Assembly (NCBI GenBank): GCA_040954595.2
Contig: CM082589.2
Location: 982,690 to 1,046,689, forward strand
DNA length: 64,000 nucleotides
Origin: Balanoglossus misakiensis
Lineage: Eukaryota; Animalia; Hemichordata
Direction of reading: 5' to 3'
The translations under genes and the position numbers were made by a program. Positions 15,001-30,000 of the stretch are shown here, in pieces; position 1 is the stretch's first letter; the number at the start of each line of letters is the position of its first letter. A model generated the notes under the pieces. The model saw nothing but the letters and a program-made list of their open reading frames with translations. It searched no databases and had not been told where the DNA came from.

Positions 15001-18000
15001 AACCTACCATAGCCAGTATTAATTTATTAATAATTGACCAAAATGATTCTTATTGACTATGACGTGAAGTGCTCGTAAAATGAATGATTGATGTCCGTCA
15101 GCTGTGATTTTGTGTTTGACCATCCAGCTTCCAAAGGTCACCCCCAATTCCAATATTGAGACCACACACTCAATCAATAAGTAGTGTGGCCAATAGTATT
15201 GACTTGGACACTGTGTGTCAATGTGGCAATTGTCTCCCAGCAAACAAATGATAAAAGCTATGTAAAAGAGATCTCTATGGGTCACAAAACCCAATGAAAA
15301 CACAATCTGTTCTTTACATGTTCCTAACAACTTGAATATTCTTAAAGAAAAAATGGGTCAATGGCACGGACCATGCTCTTGAAATTGTGTTCCCCCTTAA
15401 AGTTGGAGGTCTCGAGTAAACAAGTGGAGGAAGCCATAGAAACAGAAGCCATTAGAAGCACTGAATTTTGATCAAACAATGCGTATACTATACTGTGACT
15501 TAAATTCCTCACAAATATTTCAACAAACAATCCTTTGCACTATTCAGAAACCAAGGAAGACAATTTTGGAGCAATATATTTCCGAGTACTCAAAGTATTC
15601 ATTACAGCATGAAATGGAGAGGTGATGATTGATTTGGGCTAGGCACCAGTGCTGCCAACTTCGTACCTTGACATGTTAGTAATCAGGGTTGTATCAAGTG
15701 TTCAAGCTGCCATTGAAAGTGATAATGTGCTTGGCCTTTGCATTTCTAGGAGTGCCGTACCCTTGATTTTGAATGACATTCTACGGTAAACATGGCTTGT
15801 GTGATTAGACCTTGAAGTTTGTAAACAACGTTATATCTTTGGTCTGAAACTTGGGTTGTAAGATAAAAGAAATTGATTCATAAATTGTTGACATAATTTG
15901 ACAACTTTATACCATATTTTAAAATCAAAAGTGGCCATCTCATACTCTTACAAATTATTTGCAGTCTGTCATGTACATCACGACTACCACCAGAGTTTAT
16001 AGTTTGTGGTGTTGGAATAAACAAACAGAACACTAAGCATCCTGTATTTTGGCCACACCCAGAATAGAAGGGGCCCTGTGTTGGTACATTTGAAAATGGT
16101 GATATGAGCCTGTATATGAGTGTAAGAGTGACACTTATGAAGTAATGAATCGTCATTTAAAAATGATCCAATCTAAAGGACATTGTTTTCTTTCCAAAAT
16201 AGATTTTCCAGGTTGCATATGTCATCTTCAAGGCTGCGAATTCGCCACGTCCTGGCAACTGGATTCTTGAGAAGTCCATCAATGGAATTAACTACAGTCC
16301 CTGGCAGTATTTTGCTATTTCTGATTCGGAGTGCCTGAGTCTGTACAATATCGAACCAACCGTTGGCAACCCTCACTATGACAGCGACGATGATGTCATC
16401 TGCACTTCGTTCTACTCTAAGCTGAACCCGCTGAAGAACGGTGAAATTCACGTTTCATTGGTGAATGGCAGACCAACTGTGTTAAATCCCAGTGGTACAT
16501 TGATGGTAAGAAAGTGTTATATTTGACAAACCTTTTGGCCAGTCTGTTTTATAATTGCACCATCCTGGTGCGTCTGTGATGATCCTCAGACCATCTCCTG
16601 ATTGCTATGGACTTGCTTAGGATATCCACAGGCCTGAACAGACGAAGTCTACATCTAGCTGTGTGATGTCCGCTCACTAACTTTTCGTTCTTTTCATTCC
16701 CGCAATCAAGGAATTCACTTCAGCTCGTTTCATTCGTTTACGATTGCAACGTGTACGGACCCTGCACGCTGACTTGATGACCCTGACATCGAATGAGCCT
16801 GGATTCATTGATCCTTTGGTCACCAGAAGAGTAAGTCAACATGATTATCATTTCAGAGTTTTCTCATCTTGTCTTTCTTGGATACGGTTCTCTCACTACC
16901 ACTGTGGTGCGAGGTTACTTGTGTTATTCTGTTGGGTTAGACATGTTTGCAATGCCGAGTTTTATAAGCCATGTTTGAAGTACATTTTGTACCGAGAGAT
17001 ACATTGTGCATATATATGTTCATGATAGGCTGTATTTCTACTGGTGTAACTGAAGACTAGTAAAAAGTCACTGAGAAATAATTATATACACCAGCTCTTC
17101 ATGCTTAAATGCCATTTCTGTTTTGATCTCCAGTACTTCTATTCCGTCAAGGACATCTCTGTTGGTGGTCAGTGTATTTGTTTTGGTCATGCTAGCGTAT
17201 GTCCTCAAGATCCTGTTACATTGGTAAGTATAGAAATGTAAGGGCTAACTGGTCTTGTCATGATTAAGTTAGACACAGACTGTTTTCTTAGTCTTGCCTC
17301 AATAAATTGCAGTTTTGTCCGAGTCGTGGGTGAATTGTGGCTTCCATATAGTGAAACCACCTAGCTGTACATGATTTGAATAATTTCTGTTGCTATTTTC
17401 AAGGCATTGCGATGCGAGTGTGAACACAATACTTGTGGAGATCAATGCGAGGAATGCTGTCCGGGATTCAACCAGAAAGCTTGGAGACCAGGTACACAAG
17501 AGGATGGCAATATCTGTGAACGTAAGTAGTAAACATTGATACTTGCACTGGCAAAGGCATCGTCTTTTGACATAAAAGGAGTGGGTGAGATTTGTCTTAC
17601 GGTAATTCATGAAAGTGACAAGTTGTTTTATGACAGATGTGTGGGAAGGTATACTACAAAAATACTCACAGTGAGTGGTTGTTTTTCTCTTCCTCAGCAT
17701 GTAATTGCCATGGCCACGCCACCGACTGTTACTTCGATCAAGGCGTACAAGATCGTGGTGAAAGTCTGGATATCTTTGGTAACCATGACGGTGGTGGTGT
17801 CTGTATTGATTGCCGTGACAACACAATGGGCGTCAACTGTGAACTGTGTATAGACAGATACTACAGACCAATTGATGTGCCTAGGACCGACCCTGATCCA
17901 TGTGTTCGTAAGTATGACATTCTATGAATCAATAATTTCAAAACAAGTAATCATGACCAGTTGGCATTCTAACATTGTCAGCACACTGCATTAATATACA

Positions 18001-21000
18001 CACACTTTATTTTTAACATGTAAAACGTTTCAATTGTACTCTCTTTTTAGCATGCAACTGTAATCCATATGGTATTCGTGAAGTACCAGGTCTTGCATAC
18101 GGATCTTGTGTGAAAGATGACAGTCAGATAGATCAGGGACTGGTAAGTCTTGATGCGATGAGATATTATTGTCAGATTTTAACCATAGAGATTGTAGAAA
18201 TTTGTAATTTGGTAATTTAAGAAAGTGGGAAGACAACAGAAGGAATGCTGTATTCGAACAGAAATTTGAATGTGTGGGACAGTTTTGAAAAAGAATTGCA
18301 CATTCGTGTTGAGTCCAACTGATTGCAAGATATAGAGATAACGGTTTTTCCATGCATTTTCCTAATCCGTATGAAGAATCCTGGTGACTGTTTCTGCAAG
18401 GAAGGTTATGCCGGAGCTCAGTGTGATCGCTGTGCCAGAGGGTACCAAGGCTTTCCAAACTGCGAGAAATGTCCGTGTAGTACAGAGGGAAGTGTCAATG
18501 AAGATGTGTGTATCCCACCATGTGTTTGCAAGGTGAGAAGAAATGTTTTGTATTAAACATGTTATCAGGGAAAAGGAAATGGATCTCAACAAAGCTTATC
18601 ATTCATGCATGTGTACTGTTTCTAATATTCTTTATGGCAGACTTGATAATCTACTTTCTCTTTTCACTCAGAACAATGTTGAAGGTGCTCACTGTGACAT
18701 TTGTAAACCTGGACATTACAACCTGGAAGAAGAGAATCAGCTTGGCTGTTCAACTTGCTTCTGTTTTGGAGTCACTACAGTTTGTACAAGTGCTACAGTC
18801 TCCACAGAAAAGGTCAGTCACCATCATGTATACACATATTGACTGGCCAGGAGGGCAACAGCATACGTCTGTTACCTCAAATCTGGCATTCCTTTTCAAA
18901 TAAGTCGTAAAATTTTGTGTGAATATATGGTGAAATAACTTCTTCTTGGATGTTTTATCAGGTACAATCGCTAGACAGATGGGTGGTTGGCGATAAAGAT
19001 GGCAATGGTTACTACAATACTGAGAGAACAGCGGATGACAGGATCACAGTTCGGCATCCAGATGCGGCTCAACGAATCGGATCAAACATGCTGTATTGGT
19101 ATGCACCGCTTGAATATCTTGGCAACAAGGTTTGTATTTACAGTTTTTGTTCTTTGGGTGTTTGTTTTTGTTGCATTTAGGTGGAAAGTTGATGCTTTAT
19201 ACATATCCTTACCGAGTATCATCATGTTTATCTTATGTAGATCGGTACATATGGAGGTTCACTGACTTACACTGTAGGATACAATGAAAATCCAGATGCC
19301 AATTCTTCTACTCCAACGTTAGACTCCGACGTCATCCTCAGGGTAAGTTTGATCATGTATTTTCTAGTCTTTGTAGATGCTTATCAAAGGGTAAAATGTT
19401 ACAAAGTCAGATCTGGTGTCTAATCATGGGTTTCTCTGGTATTTCCTGCCCCCTTTTAAATAAATCCATTTCTGCTTCTTACTGATGACTTCTGTGTTTT
19501 CTCGACAGGGCAACGGTATCAATTTGAAGCAGCGTCCAAGTCGTTGGGTTGTACCGGACAGAGAAGAAACCTTTGAATTTTCCATGATGGAAGACACATG
19601 GTTTCATGAAGACTCCGAGAGATTCGTCAGCAAAGTGGAATTCATGACACTCTTACAAAATGTGGATGCGTTGTTGATTAGAGCCAGTTATTTTACATCA
19701 CCTCTTGAAACAAGGTGAGACATGTTTGCAGTTATTTTTATAAGAAAACAGATTGTATATGAAGATGATCGTCTAGTCATAGTTGCAGTACCAAAAGTAT
19801 TCAAAGTTCAGGTTCAAAACTGTAACACTTGGCTGCATTACAGTATCTTTACATTGCTCATGATTGTCTTTCTCTACGACAGGATTCATGGTGTAGGCCT
19901 GGATTACCATGTGGTTGATGAGAACAGCACAGAGAGTATTGGATCCATAGAACAGTGTCAATGCCCACCTGGCTATGAAGGTTTGTCTTGTGAGGTAAGT
20001 GCATTTTTCTGTCGTAGGTAACTAGTGAAAATTGAAAATTTGTGCCAAGGCTGTCGTGGTATGGAGTGCGATGATTTTTAAGTTGCTTTCTTATGCACTT
20101 GGGCTAGATTTTCGTGTTGAATGCTAAGATGAATTTCTAATTTTGAAATGTCTTCTGTGTTGTTTTTTCAAGGACTGTATTCCTGGATATCGCCGTGTTG
20201 ATGGTGATGTCTTTGAAGGACAGTGCGTTCCCTGCGAGTGTAATGGACATGCCTTGGAATGTGATGATATCACAGGAGAATGTCTGGTGAGTTGAATATG
20301 GATAAGTAGGAATAAAGTTTCGAAGATGCAGACATTTTGCCCTTGAGCTAGGCATTGCCCCTTTAAAGAAAATACAATTATTGATGTCTATTATGTGTTT
20401 GTATTTCAAAACAGGATTGTCAACACAATACAGCAGGTGACCATTGTGAACTGTGTTCTCCTGGTTACTATGGTGATTCCACCCAAGGTACATCACAGGA
20501 TTGTACGCGATGTGCCTGTCCATTAACTGATGCAAGTAACAAGTAAGTATTGTCGTGTGTAAACGGCAATTTGGAAAAACTTGTACCATGAGTATCTTCC
20601 AATATCAGCATTTATCAGCTACCAAATCTCCATTCTCTATGAATAAATATTTTCTTTGAAAGTATAAAGATCTGGTTCTACCTTTTGTTACTTATTCAGC
20701 TAACAGCTTTTCGTTATTCTTTGACTCAGTTTCAGCCCAACCTGTATCCCTGATGGCAGTGGTGGATTCATCTGTGATTACTGTGATGTTGGTTACGAAG
20801 GACCACGATGTGACAGGTCAGTTTATTGCAAAATCTAATGTGTGTTAATGATGTAGATAATAGCCATTCCATTGTGATTGATATGTTTTGTCTGTGTATC
20901 CAGGTGTTCTGATGGTTACTATGGCAACCCATTGGTCCTGAACGACACCTGTAAGCCTTGCATGAGTATCTGTAATAACAACTTGAACCTTGAACTTGAG

Positions 21001-24000
21001 GGTAACTGTAACACTCTGACCGGTGATTGCTTGAGATGTGCTGGAAACACCGCTGGCCCGACGTGCGACCGCTGTGCTGATGGTTACTATGGTGATGCTG
21101 TCTATGAGAAGAACTGCCAGCGTAAGTCATGTTTATTGGTTTCTGTTCTCAGAGATAATGTTCTGCTTTCATGCCAATATAAAATGTGGATTATTGCAAT
21201 AATCGTATGGCATTATAACTTCTTATCACTCTTTGAAAATGGCATTCTTGACCTCAAATTGGCAGAAGTTTGAATAATTTTCAGCAAATGATTGTGGTTT
21301 TATACAAGCGAGCCACTGTTTGGAGCTGTGCCAATAACGATATTTTTTTCTCGTCTCAGTATGTCAGTGTTACAGAACTGGCTCAGATTCGGAAATCTGC
21401 GATCATCGTACAGGACAGTGTCAGTGCAAACAGTTTGTGACTGGTCAGTTTTGTAACATCTGTGAAGTAAGTACACCTGGTTTTATTTTAAGGAAATGTT
21501 GAGTGGAGCCAAAATCAGGATCAGTTGGATCAAAGTAAAAATTTAATCTTTGATAAATAAAGGCATTACATCACAGATCATCATTTTCTTATTTTCAGCC
21601 GGGCTACTGGGACATCTTGTCTGGGAAAGGTTGTGGACCGTGTCTGTGTAATCCCCAAGGCTCTGAGGGTGTAGAATGTAATATTGTCACTGGTCAATGT
21701 TTCTGTAAACCAGGTGTCATTGGCAGAACATGCGATCAGTGTCAACCGGGATATTTCAACTTCACAGCAAATGGATGCACATGTAAGTGTACTGACTCAT
21801 TCGTAAAATTCATTAATTGACCGTTTCACTCCCAGTTTGCTACTTCAATGATAATTGTATTCTAAGGAGTAATGCCAATCTTGTCTTTTTTCTTGCAGTG
21901 TGTGATTGCGACAGGACCGGTGGATCTTGTGATTCTACGACAGGAGAATGTATCTGTCCTCCGAACACCGTAGGCAGGAGATGTGAACAGTGTGCCCCTA
22001 ATGCATGGGGACACGACAAAGTCACTGGGTGTAAAGTAAGTCAGTTAAGTAAATCTCTTTCAAATCTGCTGTAAATTATAATTTGAAGTTGCAGTCACAA
22101 TGCTGTCTTTGCATTTATTTATTTTGAGGCTTCAGATATAAGTGGTTGAAGTAGGCAAACTTAGATAACAAAATGTACTCTATTGCCTGGTACCATGATC
22201 TGTTTAAATTAATTTCAATGCTACATGGATATTTTTTTCATGTTAACTCCCGCTGTCTCTGTCTTTCTCCCTCTCCCTCATCTCTCTCTCTCTCTCACCC
22301 TTTGTGGTACAGTTGTGTAACTGTAGTGCCGATGGTTCCCAAAGCCTTCAGTGCGACATCAACACCGGAGAATGTGATTGCCAAGACGACTTCCGTGGAC
22401 AGAAGTGTGACCAGTGTCTCTTTGGCTACCGTGATTTCCCCAAGTGCCGTGAATGCAAGTGTGACTCTGTCGGTACTGACCCTACAAGTTGCAATGAAGA
22501 TGGTCTGTGTGGCTGTCAAGATGATGGACAGTGTCAGTGTAAGGTAAGAGGTGCTTTGCTGAATGGATTTCTGTGAGATCCGCTACAGATAGAAATCTGC
22601 ATGAGAGGTGTACCGGTACTGCAGATTGATAAAGTAAAAGAAAGAAATATAACAATTACTCTTATTTTATTGCAGGTGAATGTTGTGAATAAAAAGTGCA
22701 ACAAATGTCACGATGATTCCTTCGGTTTCAGAGAAGAGTTGGAAACTGGCTGTACACAGTGTTTCTGTTACGGTATTACTACTGAGTGTGACCAAGCAGA
22801 TTATGTCAGAGAGGAGGTAAGGAGTTATCAGTTGCTTACAGATACTTGGGAATGTGACTGTTTTCAAAGTGGTTTTTCAAGCTCTGAGCACACACCCTTG
22901 ATTATGTGTTGTCCAACCTCTTATTCTTGCAACACACTTCTATGCAGTGATTTAAGTAACACAAAATGCCTCAGGGAGACAGCTGTAAGCTGTTGCCCTG
23001 TTGTTCCAAAACCTGTAACCATTTTAGAAACTAAGAATTCATATATTCTTCTCCATGCACTAGATCGTGGTGACAGCAGCCACCAATGGTTTCTTCGTCA
23101 GCGATGACCGTAGCGTTTTCCAGACCCAGAGTGGAGTTCTCTTCACACCATCTGAAGTTCGCCTCAATGCAACCTACGCACAAAGGGAGATGACGACAGA
23201 TTCTGTCCTCTATTGGAATCTGCCACCAGCTTTCATTGGAAACAAGGTACCTTACAACTTAACATCCTTAAAGGGAAGGGGTCGTCGCATCGCGTTGGTG
23301 TTCCCCTTGATGAGAATATATCCTCCCATACCAGCGCAAACCCCACTGCAGTCGAACAAGTTCCATTTACGCTTGTTCGGTTGTGATAAATGACATAATT
23401 ATTATTGTTACAATGTTGCAGATTACCTCATATGGTGGACGTATTCGATACACTCTACAATACTTTGGTGATGATCTAGGAGAAGACGATTCATTTGATA
23501 TCTTGATTAAAGGTCACTACCACACCATCGTCAAGTCGCTGCCCAACCCATTCAGTGGAGTGCCACAAAGTTTTGACTTGGAATTAGTTGAGGTGGGTAT
23601 TTTATTAGTTTATCTACATGTAGTTGCGAGTATAACAAGTATGGTAGTAAATGATGAGAGCATCTTCTTGGGCTACGGGATGTACATGCTCCTGGAATGT
23701 TCTGTACTTCACGCTCAATTCTTACGTTTGTATTTTAGACGGAATGGCAATTACGTGATGCTATCCTCTTGGAGACAGTTCCACGTGATGTGTTCATGAT
23801 GGTATTATATGACGTCCAAGCTATCATGATCAGAGCTACATACGGATCTGAGATGACAGAGGCTATGTGAGTATACATACCCTCCATTCCACTTTGCTAA
23901 ACTTTGTTCCACTCTTTGAAATGTGGATATAAACTACATCACTGTCATATTATGTATCAATAATCTGAAATCTTTGTTTTTCCTCAAGTTTGAGCGACCT

Positions 24001-27000
24001 TAGTCTTGAAGTTGGTATTCCTCGTTCAGACAACCCATCATTGCCTGATGCTTTGGGAGTTGAAGAGTGTGTTTGTCCTGAAGGTTATCAAGGATTGTCA
24101 TGTCAGGTTTGTCCAGATTTTCATGTCATTCCAACAGTTGTGAAAATACCTGAAAATTATATAGGATGTCCTGTGTTAGTCAGTGTTTTTCTTATGATAC
24201 TTAATTGAATCTTTCATGGGTTGTTCAGTTGCCTGTGTCCGTGGAATAACACTGATGTATTTTCTGTCAACAGGAATGTGCCCCAGGCTATGTCAGAGTA
24301 TCCAACGGTCCATATCTTGGAACATGCAGACCATGTACTTGTAATAACCATGGCTCAATGTGTGATCCTAGCACTGGTATCTGTGAGGTTAGTAGATTCA
24401 CAATTTTTTGTGGTCTTTTCTGACGGTTGAGCAAGCAGAAGGAACTGTGTGTTTCCATGGTTTCGGTTTTGTGTGTTGAAAAACAAACAGTTGTGTCATG
24501 GTCATCTGTAAATCTTACTTCAGACATAGTAGAGAATTCAAAAAGTCGAAGAGACAAATTTTGCTATTTTACATTATCTTGTTTGTGTGAGACATTTATT
24601 TTGTTTTGTTCTGAATTGCAAGAATAAACTCTTATTTTGGAACTTGTTTTCGTTCGCAGGATTGCCAAGACAACACCCGTGGACCAATGTGTGAACTCTG
24701 CGAAGATGGTTACTATGGCAATGCTACAAATGGCTCACCTGATGATTGCGAACCTTGTGCCTGTCCACTTGTTGCATCATCCAACAAGTAAGTCTTGCTT
24801 TACCCACCCCAACAGTCCTGTAAAGTGGGAGAACCCTGTTGTTTTCAATGGTGTGGTTGAACCCACTGTTAGGGAAATAGGGTAGTGCAGGGTCAAAACT
24901 TCCAGGAGTGTACCGACTTTTACAAGAAAAATTTTCCACTTGTTGCTGTTTCAGTTTCAGTCCAACGTGTGTTCTGGAAAGTGATGGAGGCCACCGATGC
25001 ACAAACTGTCAACCTGGTTATACCGGCAGATACTGTGATGTGTAAGTGATCATTTTGTCTCTCCCATACCCTGGTTTTGCAGGGAAGTCTGGTGACAGTA
25101 ATTCAAAGACTAGTGTAATGTATGATAAGTTTCATAACACATAACACATTCATAACCATTTCACTGATCGAGGAAAAGTTCAGATGCCAAGAACTAAAAT
25201 TTGACCCTCGAATTCTTGTTTCCAGTTGTGAGGAAGGTTACTATGGCAATCCAAAATCGGCTGGAGAGAAATGCAACCTTTGCGACTGCAACGAGTTTGG
25301 TTCATTGGACCAGATATGTGATCCAGTTACTGGGCAATGTGTTTGTGACCCAGGACTTACTGGTCGAGCATGTGATGTGTGTCAGCCAAGACATGTACTG
25401 ACACTGCAAGGATGTAACTGTAAGTACTTTTATCAACTTGCGTGCCTGTGGAACTCTAGATTTATATTTATGTGGTGTTTGAATTTCATGTATCACATCA
25501 ATTAAAGTATTTATAACAGGTCGCATGATGATGGATTTTTCATTCTTTCTCTCTCACTCCCTCTATCTAGCTTGTGATGATACTTGTACTGGTTTGTTGT
25601 TGGATGACATCGAAGAATTGACCGCCAGACTAGAAACACCCAACATCACAGGAATTGTACCTGCACCGTGGTCCAGGCTACGTATGCTGGTCAATGAAAC
25701 AGAGGAGCTCAAGGTGAGATTCCTTTTCATTTACAATCATTTTCCTCCTGTGGTAATTTTTGTCTGAATTCTCTTAATCATCAAAGTCTAACCTATCACT
25801 AATTCTCTTGATCCTTGTTCAATAGCCGCAGTTAGAATCGTACAAAAAAGCACTGGAAGTTGCAGCTGAGATGGTCAACTCTCTACCTGATGGTGTCATG
25901 GGGTTACAAGATGATGTCAGTGCCCTCCTAGAAAGAGTAAGTTCAAAAATTTTGATTCGTAGATGATAAAAAAATATGCATACCACATACTGTAAGATTT
26001 CCATAACTAAAATTATGCAGTATGTGTATGATGTACATGACTGACTTTTCTTTTCTTTTCTTTTGCAGTCTGAAGAAAGCAAATCAAACGCTGCCGAGGT
26101 AGCTGAAGATGCAAGCGACAGTGATCATAGAGCGATAGAAGTGGAACAACTTCTTAACGAAACCTTGTATAGGATTAAGGGTGAGTGAAATAGTCACTCA
26201 GTTTTAGAATATCACACTTGAACTCTACTGTATCTTTGGAGGCAGAAAGTAAACTCGCACTTTTGTCAAAACCATGATTTACTCGGATAAGACTCAGTGA
26301 AAATACATCGTAATTTAAAAAATTATTCTGTCCGATACAGCTCTGATCCAAGACCTTGAAGATCTAGCAGACAGCATCTCCAGCCAACCAGCCATGGAGA
26401 ATGAAGCACTATTGGATGAAGCCCAGCGCATCTTGGATGAAATCTTAGCGAGAGATTTCAGTGATGAGGAACAAGCTGCTGATGATGAACTGGAGTAAGT
26501 CTTTGTGAAATCGCAAACTATTGGAAAGTCCTTCAAAGTTGAATAACTTTTGTTATCTAAACCCTGAGAGTCTGGATTGTTTTACCAATAATACTTGTGT
26601 GATGTTTACGTTTTGCCCATGTGATATGGTAAAGACTTTGACATCACAGGATTTTTTTGCCATTGGTTGATCTTTCTCTTGCCAGACTTGCCAAAGAGGC
26701 ACTGGAGAAAGCTAGGACGTCTTTCATGGATAAAGCGGAACAAAACAAAGCCTTGGCCGATCGGATCAACGGAAGTATCACGGATCTCATGGATAAATTC
26801 CGGGAATTAATTGAACATAGTGAACAATCTCAGAACATCAGTGATCATACTGAGCAGATGAATAATGATAATCAGAATACTCTGGCCGAACTACAAGTGA
26901 GTATGAAATTTTATATGAAATCTGATTGGTTAATTTGCAAAATTACAACATCTGATTGGTTGATTCAAAGTTTTTCAAGTCTGATGAACGGATTTGATGA

Positions 27001-30000
27001 ATGATGGAGACTTACTGATCAATGATTGATGCAGAAGTCAGCAAGTAAAACTAAACTAACCACTTTTTTGAATTTCAGGGGAAAATGAAGAGTATCATGA
27101 ATGGACAGAGTGAAGTTGTTGGAATTCTTGACATGGGAAGACAGCTACTTGAAGATGCTACAGATCTACTTGCTCAAGGATATGTGGAACTAGAGGTAAA
27201 ACATATCAAACATTTATTAAGATTGAAACTTGTATTTTGATATTTACAAAAGCTGGTTATTGGCCTGGAAAGTGTTGCATACATGTACATATCCAGAAAG
27301 ACTTTTAATACTGGAATTCAGTTGTCAATTATAGAATTTACCGCAATCTGTTTCATTTTGTCCACAGTTGACTCTCGTACAAGCTGATGACTTGAAATTG
27401 GCCTTGCCTGATCTGCGGATGAAAGTTGGTCTGCTGCATCAAAACATGGCAGACTTACCTGAACTTGTCGCCAGAGCTGAAGCACATGCTGATAGTCTTG
27501 CTGCGTATGCTGAAAGTTTGGAAGAGTAAGTATTTGTATGGAACGTAATGTAATGTTGCATACGTTGCTGGTTTGGAAAAGTATTTGTATGGAACTTAAT
27601 TATATTGTAATACATATATTTACACATTGTGAATGCTTGTTTTCCCTCCAGGCTGTTCAGAGACACCCGGGACTTGGCTGAGATTCCTGTCAAAGCAGCT
27701 AGAGTGTACGGTGAAATTGTGGAGACAATAGATGATGCTAATAAGACTGCTCATGAAGCCAAGATGATAGCTGATGAAGCTTTGCAGAGGGTATGTTTAA
27801 ATGATGGTTTTGTGCGTGCTTGTGTGTACTTGAGTTTGTGCATACAAATGATTCACAAAAGTCTTATGACCACCAAACCTGCACACAGCAATTAATAGAC
27901 TATGCAAATAACACTAACATTTTGAGATTTTACTTGCATGAAATAATAAAAACCCACATGTTATTTTGGAGATTTACAGAGTTTACTTCTCGATTTTGTA
28001 GGCATCTGAGGGTACCGGATCAGACGATTCTTTGGCAGAAAGAGCCATGAAATCTAAAGAGCGTAGTGAAACACTTTTGGAAACGGCCAAGACAAAAGAG
28101 TCTGATGTGACATCTCTGAAAGAGCGACTGGAATCTGTCAAACAAGATGTAGAGACAATCCAAACAACATCAAAGGAAGTTGCAGACAAAAATGCAGCCA
28201 TAGAAGCAGAATTACCAGCCTTGCAAACAGGTTAGTTTGGCATCTTCCGCTCTGACACCTAGATCACAATGGCAGGTAGATCATGTTCGATGGCTTTGAT
28301 GGCTTTCACAATGGGCCTTCTACTTTAATGCAAAATGTCACACACAGTCTACAGTACTTGTTTTGTGGTAAATGTACACTGAAGTTGTCACAGGATAATG
28401 GACAAACAAGAACATGGTCTGGATCTAATGGTTAAAAGAAGTTAGAAAAAAACTATGTTCAGGCCAAAAATGATAGTACATAGTAGATTATTTATTTTGT
28501 AGTAGAGTGGGGGTGTAAGGGAAGTTTTTACAGAAGACTTTCTGTAAAGAATCCTCTACTGTGACTTTTGAGTTACATTTATTGATGAATTTGAAAATTT
28601 TCCATTGGATAGATCTGAGTCAGCAAGCACAGGATGCTAAACAGAGAGCAGATGAAGCTTCAGGTCGAGCTGCAGCCGCCAAGCAGAAGACACAAGATGT
28701 CCTTGATGCGTTACCATCACAACTTGAAAAGTTTGCAAGACTGAGAGATAATACCAACCAGGCGAACTTGAACTTGGACTCAGCTGATAGAAGTTGTAAG
28801 TACTGTTAGCGTCAATCGATTGTGATTATACCTGTGTTCCATAGAGGCACTTTCCAAATGCTCCAGGAGAGAAGTCTTATGAATTATCATGTCTAGTCAT
28901 AGTAAAATATATTGTCGCACAGTAATTATGATCCATGATTCATTTTCACAGTGGAAAGAAGCAAAGATGCATTGGGACAACTTCTTGATTTGACGGACAC
29001 TTTGACAAACAAAGCCACAGCTATCAGACAACTGCAAGGAATGATGGCCAATAACTTGACACAGATCAGAGAAAAGATCGCCTTAGCTAAGAGCCAGGCT
29101 GGAAATGTAAGTACACAAACATCAACATTGAATCACTTTTTTGATCAGTTACATGTATATCATTACTTACAAAGATAAACTTCCTCTTGCGAAATTTGTA
29201 TCTAGTATGATGATGATGATGATAATAATAAGTTTCTTTCTTGATTTTAGGTCAAATTATCTGTTGATACATCTGGAACCTGTGTCCGTGGTTACAAGCC
29301 TGAGGTGACACCAAGTTTCTACAGTACCCTGTCGATGAATTTTAAAACAACACAGGCTGATAATCTGCTGATTTATCTGGGATCTGCAATCAATGTGAGT
29401 ATATGTCCATCTCATGATAATCACATGTCATGTCAGTGCCGACCCCGTGACTGATACAGCAATAACCAAAACTGTTTGACTTTTTTCACATTCATACACA
29501 GGATGATTTCATGTCAGTTGAAACTGTTGGTGGAAACGTGAAATTCCAATGGGACGTCGGTGCTGGTCTGGGAAGCGTCACTCACCCTGCGCCTGTTGAT
29601 GACGGAAAGTGGTATAAATTTGAAGCTAACAGGTAAGATGGGAGTACATATATCAATCTATGAGTCAAATACAAATATAATCCTTGATAAAGAAAGTAGA
29701 GATCTTCACAACCGACTAATTTGGTCATTTTCAGGTATGGATCTGCAGGTGAATTGGTTGTTAGACTGTCAACATCAAGTACAGATGGTGAAGTTGCAAA
29801 GGGCCAAGCTCCTGCTGGGTACAGTGTCTTAGATGTTGATCCGAATGGTGATCTGTACATCGGTGGAATTCCAGAGTCATATGAGGTAGTTATGGCTTTG
29901 TAGACTTCAATAAAACATTATAAAGGGGAGTCTTTTGTATAAAAAATGTCGCCAACATAAATCGCCATGCCAATATTGCTAATGTTTAATTTCTGTTACA